A DNA stretch of 61,067 nucleotides from contig JBKAGE010000059.1 of NCBI GenBank assembly GCA_046290225.1, positions 1 through 61,067 on the forward strand. Reading direction: 5' to 3'. Of this stretch, positions 19,745-28,737 are shown in pieces. Numbering within the stretch: position 1 is the first letter of the stretch; each line of letters opens with the position of its first letter. The notes below the pieces were generated by a model. It worked only from the letters and a program-made list of their open reading frames with translations, did not search any database and was not told where the DNA came from. The position numbers and the translations under genes were made by a program. This DNA is from Bradymonadia bacterium (GTDB lineage: Bacteria > Myxococcota_A > Bradymonadia > UBA7976 > UBA1532).

Positions 19745-20329
19745 ATGGGTGTCAGTCTTTCAAAAGGTCAAAAGGTCAGCCTGACCAAGTCTGACGGTGG
19801 GGGCCTCAAGCGCATCGCAGTGGGCCTCGGCTGGGGCAAGAAGAAAGCCATGTTCGGGCTGTTCAAGGCCGACGTCGATCTCGACGCCTCGGCGCTGCTG
19901 TACAGCGGCGGCGGTGAGCCTGTCGACGCTGTGTGGTTCGGCAGCCTGCGCTCGAGGGACGGCTCGATCGTGCACACCGGCGACGATCGCGCCGGAGGCG
20001 GCTCCGAGCAGGATCCCAACGAGGTGATCAACGTCGACCTCACAGCGGTACCCCGGGAGATCTCGAGCATTGTCTTTGTGGTGAACAGCTACAGCGGCGA
20101 GAGCTTCAAGGGTGTGCCTTTCGCTTTCTGCAACGTTGTGGACGGCGCCACCAGCAAGGAATCGGCCCGCTACAACCTCAACACTGATGGCGGCGACTAC
20201 CGGGGCTTCATCATCGCCAAGGTGATCCGCACCGGCGGTGGCTGGAGCTTCGAGGCCATCGGCGAGCCCTGCACGGGCCGCCAGCGCACCATCGAGGACA
20301 TCGAACCTCAGGCACGACGCTTCGCCTGA
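19745..20329 (+). CDS. TerD-family protein (TerZ-like)
   Basis: VSLSKGQKVSL, GLGWG, VDLDASA, HTGDDRAG, VNSYSG and W.FEAIGE motifs. Confidence 0.9.
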   Translation: MGVSLSKGQKVSLTKSDGGGLKRIAVGLGWGKKKAMFGLFKADVDLDASALLYSGGGEPVDAVWFGSLRSRDGSIVHTGDDRAGGGSEQDPNEVINVDLTAVPREISSIVFVVNSYSGESFKGVPFAFCNVVDGATSKESARYNLNTDGGDYRGFIIAKVIRTGGGWSFEAIGEPCTGRQRTIEDIEPQARRFA

Positions 20330-20340
20330 GAGGGGGCTCT

Positions 20341-21585
20341 ATGCAGTTTCAGCGCGGTCAGAAATCGAAACTCTCCGATCTCACTGGCGCTGATGGCACT
20401 GCCGCTGACAGCACTGGCGCCGGGCGCATCGAGATCGGCGTCTCCCTCACCAACCCCCGTCACCGGGAGATCGACGTCAGCTGCTTCGGCCTCGATGGGC
20501 AGAAGCAGCTCTCCGACGATCGGTACTTCATCTATTTCAACCAGACCCGCTCCCCCTGCGGCAGCATCGAGATGGTGGACCGTCGAGGCTTCGACAAGGT
20601 CTTCCAGATCGATCTGAGCACGCTGCCAGCTCAGGTGCAGCGCCTCGTCTTCACCGCCAACATCGACGGCGACGGCGCGATGTCGGAGACCGACGGCGCC
20701 CTGGCGCTCCTCGTGGATGGCGTCGAGGTCATGCGGTTCCCCTTCTCCAGCGATCTCTTCTCCGCAGAAAAAGCGGTCATGATCGGCGAGGTCTACCTCA
20801 AGACGGTCTGGCGCATCGCTGCTGTGGGCCAGGGCTTCAACGGCGGCCTCAAGGCGCTGCTGGAGCACTTCGGCGGCGAGGCCGTCGCAGCGCCAGCCCC
20901 GGCGCCCACCCCAGCGCCTCCCCCCATGCCAAAGCCAGCGCCCAGGCCTGCCCCCGCTCCGAAGGCTGCCCCTGCACCGACGCCACCACCTCGCAAGGTC
21001 AGCCTCGGCAAAGTCACCTTGGAGAAGCGCGGGCAGAAGGTCAGCCTCGCCAAGGGCCGCGCCGAGTCCGGGGCGGTGATCCACGTGAACTTGAACTGGG
21101 ACTCGCCGAAGAAGTCGTGGTTCCGGGACAACAGCGTCGATCTCGATCTGGGCTGTATGTTCGAGCTCACCACCGGGGAGCGTGGGGTGATCCAGCCTCT
21201 GGGCAACCAGTTCGGCGCTCGGGCACGGCCACCCTACATCGTGCTCGACAAGGATGATCGCTCCGGGGCCGCCACCGACGGCGAGAACATGCGCATCTAT
21301 CGCCCCGATTTGATCCGCAAGCTCGTCATCTTCGCCATGATCTACGAGGGCACCGCCAACTTCACCACGGTGAACGGGCGGGTCACCATCAAAGATGGCC
21401 GCGGGAGCGAGATCCTGGTGTGATGTGACGCACCGGATCCGCGCAAGACGTTCTGCGCCGTGTGCCAGATCACCACCCGTGGCGACGACATCGAGATCAC
21501 CAAGGAAGAGCGATACTTCCCCACCCACCTGGAGTGTGACCGACACTTCGGCTTCGGCTTTCGGTGGACGGCGGGGTCCAAGTAG
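20341..21585 (+). CDS. TerD-TerA-type two-domain protein interrupted by an in-frame TGA at 21421-21423 (nonsense allele, sequencing error or recoding)
   Basis: TerD domain, Pro linker and TerA-like domain (VNLNW, VDLDLGC, IQPLGNQFG, LDKDDRSG). The frame stays open after the TGA and encodes the typical TerA end (KEERYF..H..CDRHFGFGFRWTAGSK) up to TAG at 21583-21585. Confidence 0.85.
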
Positions 21586-21615
21586 TCAACGCTCAGGGCG
21601 CACTGAGGGGGCGAC

Positions 21616-22908
21616 ATGATCGACATGCAAGTGGGCCAGCGGCTCAAGCTCTCGGAAGATCACACCCTGCAGCTCTATCTCGACCTCGACCGGCGAGATC
21701 TACGCCATCTGCAGAGCGCGTTGTTACTGTACGCCGAAGGGGCCCGGCTCGGCCGAGAGGCGCCCACGACGGTGGTGCACCGTGACGCCCCCCGCTCGGC
21801 AGATGGCGCCGCCACCTGGAGTGAGCTGGGCTACACCCTCGATCTCCGTCGCATGGGGCAACAGCGGGCGGCGCTGGTCATGTGGGTGAGCGAGCAGGCC
21901 CGGGCCACCGCCACGGCCCTGTCCTCTGCCCGCAGCCTCGCGGTGATCTTCAAAGACCGTCGCGACCAGCCGATGGCCACCTTCGCCCCTGCCCCCTCGA
22001 GCTTCGGTCGCGAAGGGGCCATGATCCACTGCGAGATCTACTTCAAGGGCAGCTGGCGGTGCAGCGCCAATGGCTCGGGCTTTCTCGGCGGGGTACGCGC
22101 CATGGCGAGCCGCCTCGCCCTGAGCAATGCGGATCTCGGCGCCCTGGACGCCCACGCAGCCCCTCCGCCTCCACCCCGAGCGCCCAGCCGTGCCCCAAGT
22201 CGACCCGATCTGCGACGAGACCGCCGCCCATCGCCTTCTCGGCAAGGTTCGAGCGCGAGCGCGCAGGGGATCCTCCCGGTCACGTTGCCTTCGGTGGGGC
22301 CTCGAGGTGACGCCGAGCTCACCGCTCGGGAGATCCCCAGAGCCCTCACAGAGGCAGTGGGCCGCGTGTACGCGATGACCCGCGAGGGCAGCCACACCGG
22401 CACCGCCTTTGTCATCACGCCCGGCGGCTGCATGGTGACGTGTCATCACGTGGTGGAGGACGCCACGGACCTCTCGGTGAGCCTGGGGCGCAGCACCGAG
22501 CAGCGCCCGGTCGACGTCGTGGCCTCCAGCGCAGAGCACGACCTGGCGTTGCTCCGCTTTCGGGACATCAACGGGACGCCCGCCTGGCTACAGCTCGCCG
22601 ATCTGCATCATCAGGCCGATCTGGGCACCGAGGTGGGGCTGTTGGGCTACCCCCTCGGGCAGCTCGGCGACGAGGTGAACTACACCCGAGGCATCGTGAA
22701 CAGCACCCGCACCCTGAGCCGCACGCCGGTTTTCCAGGTCGACGCGGGCGCCGCGCCAGGCTCGAGCGGCGGACCCCTGTTTCAGCTGAGCGACGGGCGG
22801 GTGCTGGGGGTGCTCAGCAGTGGTATCTCCTCTCAAAACATGGGCATGCACGTGAACCTCGCGGTCTCGGTGACCTCGATGCTGGATCTGGGCTGGCTGC
22901 GACGCTGA
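21616..22908 (+). CDS. Degenerate TerD-like domain fused to a trypsin-like serine protease (copy 1)
   Basis: N-domain EIYFKGSWRCSANGSGFLGG resembles the TerD C-terminal motif. Triad TCHHV / HDLALL / GSSGGP. No signal peptide. Confidence 0.85.
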   Translation: MIDMQVGQRLKLSEDHTLQLYLDLDRRDLRHLQSALLLYAEGARLGREAPTTVVHRDAPRSADGAATWSELGYTLDLRRMGQQRAALVMWVSEQARATATALSSARSLAVIFKDRRDQPMATFAPAPSSFGREGAMIHCEIYFKGSWRCSANGSGFLGGVRAMASRLALSNADLGALDAHAAPPPPPRAPSRAPSRPDLRRDRRPSPSRQGSSASAQGILPVTLPSVGPRGDAELTAREIPRALTEAVGRVYAMTREGSHTGTAFVITPGGCMVTCHHVVEDATDLSVSLGRSTEQRPVDVVASSAEHDLALLRFRDINGTPAWLQLADLHHQADLGTEVGLLGYPLGQLGDEVNYTRGIVNSTRTLSRTPVFQVDAGAAPGSSGGPLFQLSDGRVLGVLSSGISSQNMGMHVNLAVSVTSMLDLGWLRR

Positions 22909-22966
22909 GACTGCGACGCTGAGACTGCGATGCTGAGACGGCGACGTTGAGACGGCGACGTTGAGT
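22897..22966 (+). repeat. Five tandem 14-bp repeats (CTGCGACGCTGAGA consensus)
   Basis: Units ctgcgacgctgaga x2, ctgcgatgctgaga, cggcgacgttgaga and cggcgacgttgagt. The first unit contains the last codons and stop of copy 1. Confidence 0.9.
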
Positions 22967-23026
22967 TGGCGCCGGCGCCACCCCCGCGCATGACCTGCCT
23001 CGGTAAGGGTGCCTTGGAGAAACCAC

Positions 23027-24289
23027 ATGATCGACATGCATCCGGGCCAACGGCTTCCGCTCCCGGAAGACCACACCTTACACCTCGCTCTCGACCTCGA
23101 CGAACGAGACCGGCCCCACCTGCAGACCGTGCTCTTGCTGTACCCCGGCGGGGGCCAGCTCGGCCAAAGTGCACCCACGGCGGTGGTGCACCGCGATGCT
23201 CCCCGCTCGGAAGACGGTGCCGCAACTTGGACTGAGCAGGGGTATACCCTCGACCTCCAACGCATGGGGCGACGGCGGGCAGTGCTGGTGATGTGGATGA
23301 GCGAGCAAGGGCAGGCCACCAGCCTGTCTTCTGCCCGCAGTCTTGCGGTGATCCTCAAAGACCACCACGACCAGCCAATGGCCACTTTCGCCCCCGCCCC
23401 ATCAAGCTTCGACTCCGAAGGGGCCATGATCCACTGCGGGATCTATCTCAAGGGCAGCTGGCGCTGCAGCGCCAACGGCGAAGGGTTTGTCGGCGGTTTG
23501 CGAGCCATGGCGCCCCATCTCGCCCTGGGCAGCGCCCATCTCGCCGCGCTGGATCCCTCGTCGACGCCGCCACAGCCCGCCCCCAGGCCGGCTCAGCGAC
23601 GGAGTGGCCTCAGAATGCCCCCACCGCCGCCCGTTCGCGCGCCCTCGCCTCTGCTGCCGGTGACACTGCCCACCGTCGGCTTCCAAGCAGACAGACCGCC
23701 CACAGCTGAGGGGATCCCCAAGGCCATCACTGAGGCAGTGGGTCGGGTGTACGCCACCACCCTTCGGGGCAGCTACACCGCCACCGCTTTCGCGATCACC
23801 CCTGAGGGCTTCATGGTGACGTGCCATCACGTAATCGCAGGGGCCCAATCGCTCTCGGTCACTGTGGGGGAAGACACCACGCGACATCCGGTGGAGGTGG
23901 TGGCGGCCCACGCGACACACGACCTGGCCCTGCTGCGGATTCGCGATCTCGACGGCACGGTCAACTGGCTGCCGCTCGCCGATGACGACCACCCCACCGA
24001 GATCGGTGCAGAGGTGGGGTTGCTGGGCTACCCGATCCGTCAGATCGGCGATGGGCTGATCCCCACCCGAAGTGTCGTGAACAGCATCCGCACATGGAGC
24101 AGCACGCCGATCTTCCAGGTCGACGCCGGCGCAGCCCCTGGTTCAAGCGGCGGGCCCCTGCTTCGACTGAGCGATGGTCACGTCATCGGAGTGCTGAGCG
24201 GCGGCCTCACATTCCAGAATATGGGTCGGCCCGTGGACCTGGCGGTCTCGGTGAAGGTCATGACGCAGCTCGGCTGGCTGCGACGCTGA
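23027..24289 (+). CDS. Degenerate TerD-like domain fused to a trypsin-like serine protease (copy 2, tandem paralog)
   Basis: Collinear with copy 1 (MIDM.. to LGWLRR) with an intact triad; GGAGA RBS. Confidence 0.85.
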   Translation: MIDMHPGQRLPLPEDHTLHLALDLDERDRPHLQTVLLLYPGGGQLGQSAPTAVVHRDAPRSEDGAATWTEQGYTLDLQRMGRRRAVLVMWMSEQGQATSLSSARSLAVILKDHHDQPMATFAPAPSSFDSEGAMIHCGIYLKGSWRCSANGEGFVGGLRAMAPHLALGSAHLAALDPSSTPPQPAPRPAQRRSGLRMPPPPPVRAPSPLLPVTLPTVGFQADRPPTAEGIPKAITEAVGRVYATTLRGSYTATAFAITPEGFMVTCHHVIAGAQSLSVTVGEDTTRHPVEVVAAHATHDLALLRIRDLDGTVNWLPLADDDHPTEIGAEVGLLGYPIRQIGDGLIPTRSVVNSIRTWSSTPIFQVDAGAAPGSSGGPLLRLSDGHVIGVLSGGLTFQNMGRPVDLAVSVKVMTQLGWLRR

Positions 24290-24347
24290 TCCTGCTGCGG
24301 GCGTCTATCCACCCCGAGACCCTGGCCCCGTGCTCCACGAGGATCTG

Positions 24348-24989
24348 ATGCGACATACCCCCGATCTCTTGCTCCCCTGCCCTCACTGCGGCGCTCTGGC
24401 CCGTCAGCCTGGGCCTTTCCGCGGGGGTTTTGCCGGCGCCCGCTTCTGGACCGACGGCCGCGTCTACGCCCCCATGGTGCCGGAGATCCCCGCGGCCACG
24501 CAGTGTGGTGCCTGTGGCGGTTTCTACTGGTGCGCTGACATTTCGCCCGCCGGTCAGGTCAGCTTCGGTGATCCGAAAGCGCCAGATGCATGGCTCGAGG
24601 CGCCGCCCACCCGGCAGCTCGACGCCGCGGGGGTGCTCCAGGCGCTGCAGGCGGGCCTCGGCGACACGACAGCCCGTGAGAAGCGTCTGCGGATCATGGC
24701 CTGGCATCGAGCCAACGACGCGGTGCGTCCCGAGCACCCCGGACAGCGACCGGCAGAGCTGCCCACGGCAGATTATGCTGAGAACGGCGCCCGGTTGCTG
24801 GTCCTGCTCGACGCTGGGGCAGAGGGTGAGGCCCTCATCCGCATCGAATTGCTCCGCAACCTGGGGCATCTGGACCAGGCCCTCGAAGCCATTGACCGCC
24901 TCTGGTCACCAGGCGCGACGCCCATCGCACAGCAGATCACGCAGGCCCTCGAAGCGGGCCGCACAGCGGTGGAGCGCATCTGGCGTTGA
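24348..24989 (+). CDS. Hypothetical protein with a Zn-ribbon (CPHC...CGAC) and helical C-terminus
   Basis: Two CxxC pairs flanking GARFWTDG; TPR-like end (ELLRNLGHLDQA). Confidence 0.75.
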   Translation: MRHTPDLLLPCPHCGALARQPGPFRGGFAGARFWTDGRVYAPMVPEIPAATQCGACGGFYWCADISPAGQVSFGDPKAPDAWLEAPPTRQLDAAGVLQALQAGLGDTTAREKRLRIMAWHRANDAVRPEHPGQRPAELPTADYAENGARLLVLLDAGAEGEALIRIELLRNLGHLDQALEAIDRLWSPGATPIAQQITQALEAGRTAVERIWR

Positions 24990-25055
24990 AGATGGCTCTG
25001 CTTTACGAAACGGGGCTCTTGCCCTCGGCCACAGCCCGTGACATAGCCTCTCCGA

Positions 25056-27410
25056 ATGAGCTCTGATCTGCCCACCCCGCTCCGGGCCCTCGTCGTCGCC
25101 GTTCAGCACCCCATCGACCGGGCCTGGCGGGTGAGACCCGGCGCCATCACTGCCGCCCGAAGGGTGAGCCAGCTGCTCCAGGGGGCCGAGGCCGAGGTGC
25201 GGCTGCTCGTGGACGACGCCCCCGACGAGAGCGATCGGCCCACCCTCGCCAGCATGCTCGCTCAGTTGAGGTGGCTCTCTGAAGGCGAGCGGGGGCTGCT
25301 CGTGCTCTCGGGGCATGTGCACCAGGGCTGCTTCATCACCCGGGACGCCCGCTCGGGACTGGAAGATCGCACGGGGCTGCCGCTGAGCGAGCTGAGCGCT
25401 CAGCTCTCACACGGCTGCGGCCTCATCGTCGACGGTGGCCTCGCCGCTGATGACGTGCCTGGTGCTCAGTGGATCCTCGCCGCCGCCGGTGCGGGCATGC
25501 AGCCGGCGCCGCTGAGCGATCGCGGGCCCAGCCGCTTCATGCACCGTCTGCTGCAAGGCCTCGCCGGAGCGCCGTCTCCAGGGGCTCCGGTGACCGCTCG
25601 GCAGCTGAGTCACTATGTCATCGATCACGCCCCCGCAGCGGCGAGCACCTTTCCGGGCATGGGGCCCTGGTGCCACGGCGACTGGACGCGCCACGGCTGG
25701 TCTGCCCCTCTGTGCACCCCCGGTCAACCCGACGCCTGCCCCCGCTGTGGCGCCGAGGTGAAGAACGCGGCGGCGGCTTTCTGTCACAGCTGTGGTGCTC
25801 CACTGCAGGCGCCAGAGACCCTCGATCGGGGCCGCTATCGACTGATCCACGCCCTGGGCGCTGGCGGCATGGGGCAGGTCTATGTGGCAGAGGACACCCG
25901 TCTTCAGGTCCGTCGGGCCCTGAAGCTGATCTCGGTGCCTCCAGATCTGCCACCTGAAGAGGCTCAGGGCCTCGCCGACCGGCTGATTCAAGAAGCCCGC
26001 GCCGCCCAGGCCCTCGGCGATCACACCCACAACGTCGTCCGAGTCTTCGACGTGGGGCACTCACCAGAGCGGGGCCAGCCTTTCCTGGTGATGGAGCTGC
26101 TCGAAGGCGTCACGCTCTCGGATCGACTGGTCAGCGGGCCCATGACCGTGGGCGAAGCCCTGGCCTTTGGCGAGGTGGTGGCCCGCACACTGGCGGTGGC
26201 CCACGGAATGGGGCTGGTGCACCGGGATCTCAAGCCCGACAACGTGATGCTGGTGCGTCGCGGTGATGACGACGCCTTCGTGAAGCTGTTGGACTTCGGG
26301 CTGGTGAAGATGGCCGATGGCCCCGCCCACACCCGCTCGGGCCGCATGATGGGCACACTCCAGTACATGCCCCCAGAGCAGCTCAGAGGGCAGACCGTCG
26401 ATGCCCGAGCCGACGTCTTCGCACTGGGCGCGGTGCTCTACGAGTGCCTCTCCGGCGTCCGGGCCAACCCCGGCCGGACTCAGGGTGAGATCTTCAAGGT
26501 GCTCCTCGACGCTGGGGTCAAGCCCCTGAGGGCCGTGGCCCCTGATGTGCCGCAGCCCCTGGCAGAGCTGATCGACCAGTGTCTGTCGCTCACGCCCACG
26601 GATCGTCCTGCAGAGGCAGGGGCCGTGGCCGACGCCCTCTCCGAAGTGAGCGCGGGGCTCTCTGCCGAGGCACTTGCTCTTACGCTGACGCCGAGCCTGC
26701 CCCCAGTACAACCCGCCCCTGCGCCGCGCCCGACACCCGAGTCGGCGCCGCCCATGCTGGCCCCTCGGCCAGGGCGTGGGGTGCTGGTCGCCGTGCTCGC
26801 CCTGGCGCTTTTGGGGGGTGTCGCCTTGGCGATCTGGCCTGAAGGCAACCTCAACACCTCGGATGCAGGGATCTACACGGTGGCCACCGGTGACTCCACC
26901 GCGCACCTCACCGTAGATGCTGCCGTGCACACCACAGCCTCACATGATGCAGGTACCGTAGAGCAGACCGCCCCTGATGCACGTGTCGCTGACGCCGCGG
27001 CCATTCAGGCAGACGCAGCTCAGGCAGATGCAGCCCAACCGCCGCCTCCCGAGATTCCCCTTCGGGGTGTCGGGGGCCTCCGACGCACCGCGGAAGAGGC
27101 GTTGCTCTTTTCTTCTGTACGATGTGGCGACGCCGCCGAGGGTGAACGCCTGTTGGCAGCTCGATGGTTGATTCCCGGTCACACTCAAGGGCGCTGCAAG
27201 GGGCTCAAGTGTCTCGACGAACTCCCTCGAGCGTTGAAAACCGCCCGACGCAGTGGAGAGACTCTGCGACTCTGGCTTACGGTGTCTCCCAATCCACCCG
27301 AGGGCCACTCCGAGACGCGATCGACCGATGATGCTCAGCCACCCCCCAGCTCTCCGCCACGGACTGCTCACTGTCGTGTCTCTCCTCGCGCTGGTGACGA
27401 CCCCCGCTGA
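25056..27410 (+). CDS. Pseudo-caspase + Zn-ribbon + Ser/Thr kinase + TM protein
   Basis: LVLSGH / IVDGG caspase-like N-domain, CPRCG...FCHSCG, then LGAGGMG, HRDLKPDN, DFG and a TM helix. Confidence 0.88.
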   Translation: MSSDLPTPLRALVVAVQHPIDRAWRVRPGAITAARRVSQLLQGAEAEVRLLVDDAPDESDRPTLASMLAQLRWLSEGERGLLVLSGHVHQGCFITRDARSGLEDRTGLPLSELSAQLSHGCGLIVDGGLAADDVPGAQWILAAAGAGMQPAPLSDRGPSRFMHRLLQGLAGAPSPGAPVTARQLSHYVIDHAPAAASTFPGMGPWCHGDWTRHGWSAPLCTPGQPDACPRCGAEVKNAAAAFCHSCGAPLQAPETLDRGRYRLIHALGAGGMGQVYVAEDTRLQVRRALKLISVPPDLPPEEAQGLADRLIQEARAAQALGDHTHNVVRVFDVGHSPERGQPFLVMELLEGVTLSDRLVSGPMTVGEALAFGEVVARTLAVAHGMGLVHRDLKPDNVMLVRRGDDDAFVKLLDFGLVKMADGPAHTRSGRMMGTLQYMPPEQLRGQTVDARADVFALGAVLYECLSGVRANPGRTQGEIFKVLLDAGVKPLRAVAPDVPQPLAELIDQCLSLTPTDRPAEAGAVADALSEVSAGLSAEALALTLTPSLPPVQPAPAPRPTPESAPPMLAPRPGRGVLVAVLALALLGGVALAIWPEGNLNTSDAGIYTVATGDSTAHLTVDAAVHTTASHDAGTVEQTAPDARVADAAAIQADAAQADAAQPPPPEIPLRGVGGLRRTAEEALLFSSVRCGDAAEGERLLAARWLIPGHTQGRCKGLKCLDELPRALKTARRSGETLRLWLTVSPNPPEGHSETRSTDDAQPPPSSPPRTAHCRVSPRAGDDPR

Positions 27411-28737
27411 CGCCGCAGGCCCCTGCGACAACGTCGAAGATGCTGCGCTCTCTACGGCGAGCCGCAACCTGCAACGCGGCCAGGCGCCTCAGTGGCGCCG
27501 GGTGACAGCGCAACTCGAAGTGCGCATTGAGGCGCTGCCGCCATCGAGCCCCCATCTCGCGTGTGCCCACTACCTCGCCGCCGAAGGGCACTTCTACTTG
27601 TCCTCCGCAGGCCGACGGCCCGACCGCATCGCCGCGGCGCGGGCTCTGGAGCACCTGTGGCAGTCGATCCGTCTCGATCCGGCCATCGCCCGCAGCCGGC
27701 AGAGCCGCGTACGCCTCAAGACCGCATGGAGTCGACTGAAGGGTGTAGACGGCTGGTCCGTGCGCAAGGCGCTTGTGCCTGTGGCATTGCCCCAACGGGG
27801 CCCTGATGGTCGTCTCACCCTCGGCCCTTCTGATCCTGAGCGTGGATGCGCGGGGCCCTGCCCTGAAGGTCTCGCCCTCACTTTGCCGCTGCCCAGCAAA
27901 GATGAAGCAGTCACGGCAATCCCCATGGCCCCCGGCCGATACCAGGCCACGATCGTCACCGCCTGCGGCCGCACCACAGGGCTGATTACCCTGCCACTCG
28001 GTGCGGGCCCTGATCCATGGCCGGCGGCGCCGAAGTGCCCTGTCGTCGAGGTGACGCCGCCCAAGTGCGAGGGCGCGACGCTTGCAGTGGATGCCACCCC
28101 GAAGCAGGCCCAGATCGAAGGTGACGGGTCTGGCCCCTGGGGACCACGAGAGGTGAAGGTGACCATGCACGGGCATGTATCTCGGGAGATGGTTGTCGAT
28201 GTGCCTGAGCCCACGGATTGCGACGCCCCTCACCGAGTGTCGATCACCCTCGCCCGCCGGGTGACCGTGGTGGCCTACGACGGCGACGGCGAGGCCCTCA
28301 CCCCCGGCTCGCTCGTCATCGACGACACCCCCAGCACAGTGCTCGATCTCGCGCTGGAGCCCGGCTCGCACACATGGCGCGCCGCTCACCCGTGGGCGGG
28401 TAAAGCCGAAGGGGTGATCGACGTCCCTGTCTGTGGCACCACAGAGTGCCGCCCCGTCACCCTCGGCGTGGCCTTCCCAGAAAGCCGCAGCGTGGTGCCC
28501 GTCGTGAGCTATGTCTCCGGCGGTCTTCTCTTCGTCACGGGGCTCGGCTTCGGGGCCGTCGCCTTGCAGGATCAACGTCGGATCGACAACTACTCCAGCC
28601 AGGTCGACGAAGACATCTCCATCGATCAGCTCATCAACTCTCGAGACGATCGCATCAACGCCGCCAACACCCTCACGGGCATCGGTGGAGCGCTGATCCT
28701 CACAGGGCTGATCTGGCAATTGCTGGAGGCAGAGTGA
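27328..28737 (+). CDS. Exported TPR-like/PEGA-like protein with C-terminal hydrophobic segments
   Basis: Signal peptide, helical N-part, PEGA-like LAVDATPKQAQI segment and two C-terminal hydrophobic stretches. Start uncertain. Confidence 0.65.
   Translation: MMLSHPPALRHGLLTVVSLLALVTTPADAAGPCDNVEDAALSTASRNLQRGQAPQWRRVTAQLEVRIEALPPSSPHLACAHYLAAEGHFYLSSAGRRPDRIAAARALEHLWQSIRLDPAIARSRQSRVRLKTAWSRLKGVDGWSVRKALVPVALPQRGPDGRLTLGPSDPERGCAGPCPEGLALTLPLPSKDEAVTAIPMAPGRYQATIVTACGRTTGLITLPLGAGPDPWPAAPKCPVVEVTPPKCEGATLAVDATPKQAQIEGDGSGPWGPREVKVTMHGHVSREMVVDVPEPTDCDAPHRVSITLARRVTVVAYDGDGEALTPGSLVIDDTPSTVLDLALEPGSHTWRAAHPWAGKAEGVIDVPVCGTTECRPVTLGVAFPESRSVVPVVSYVSGGLLFVTGLGFGAVALQDQRRIDNYSSQVDEDISIDQLINSRDDRINAANTLTGIGGALILTGLIWQLLEAE

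Noticed and set aside
22897..22966. Possible CRISPR array
   Set aside because: The units are 14 bp and contiguous, with no spacers and no cas genes.
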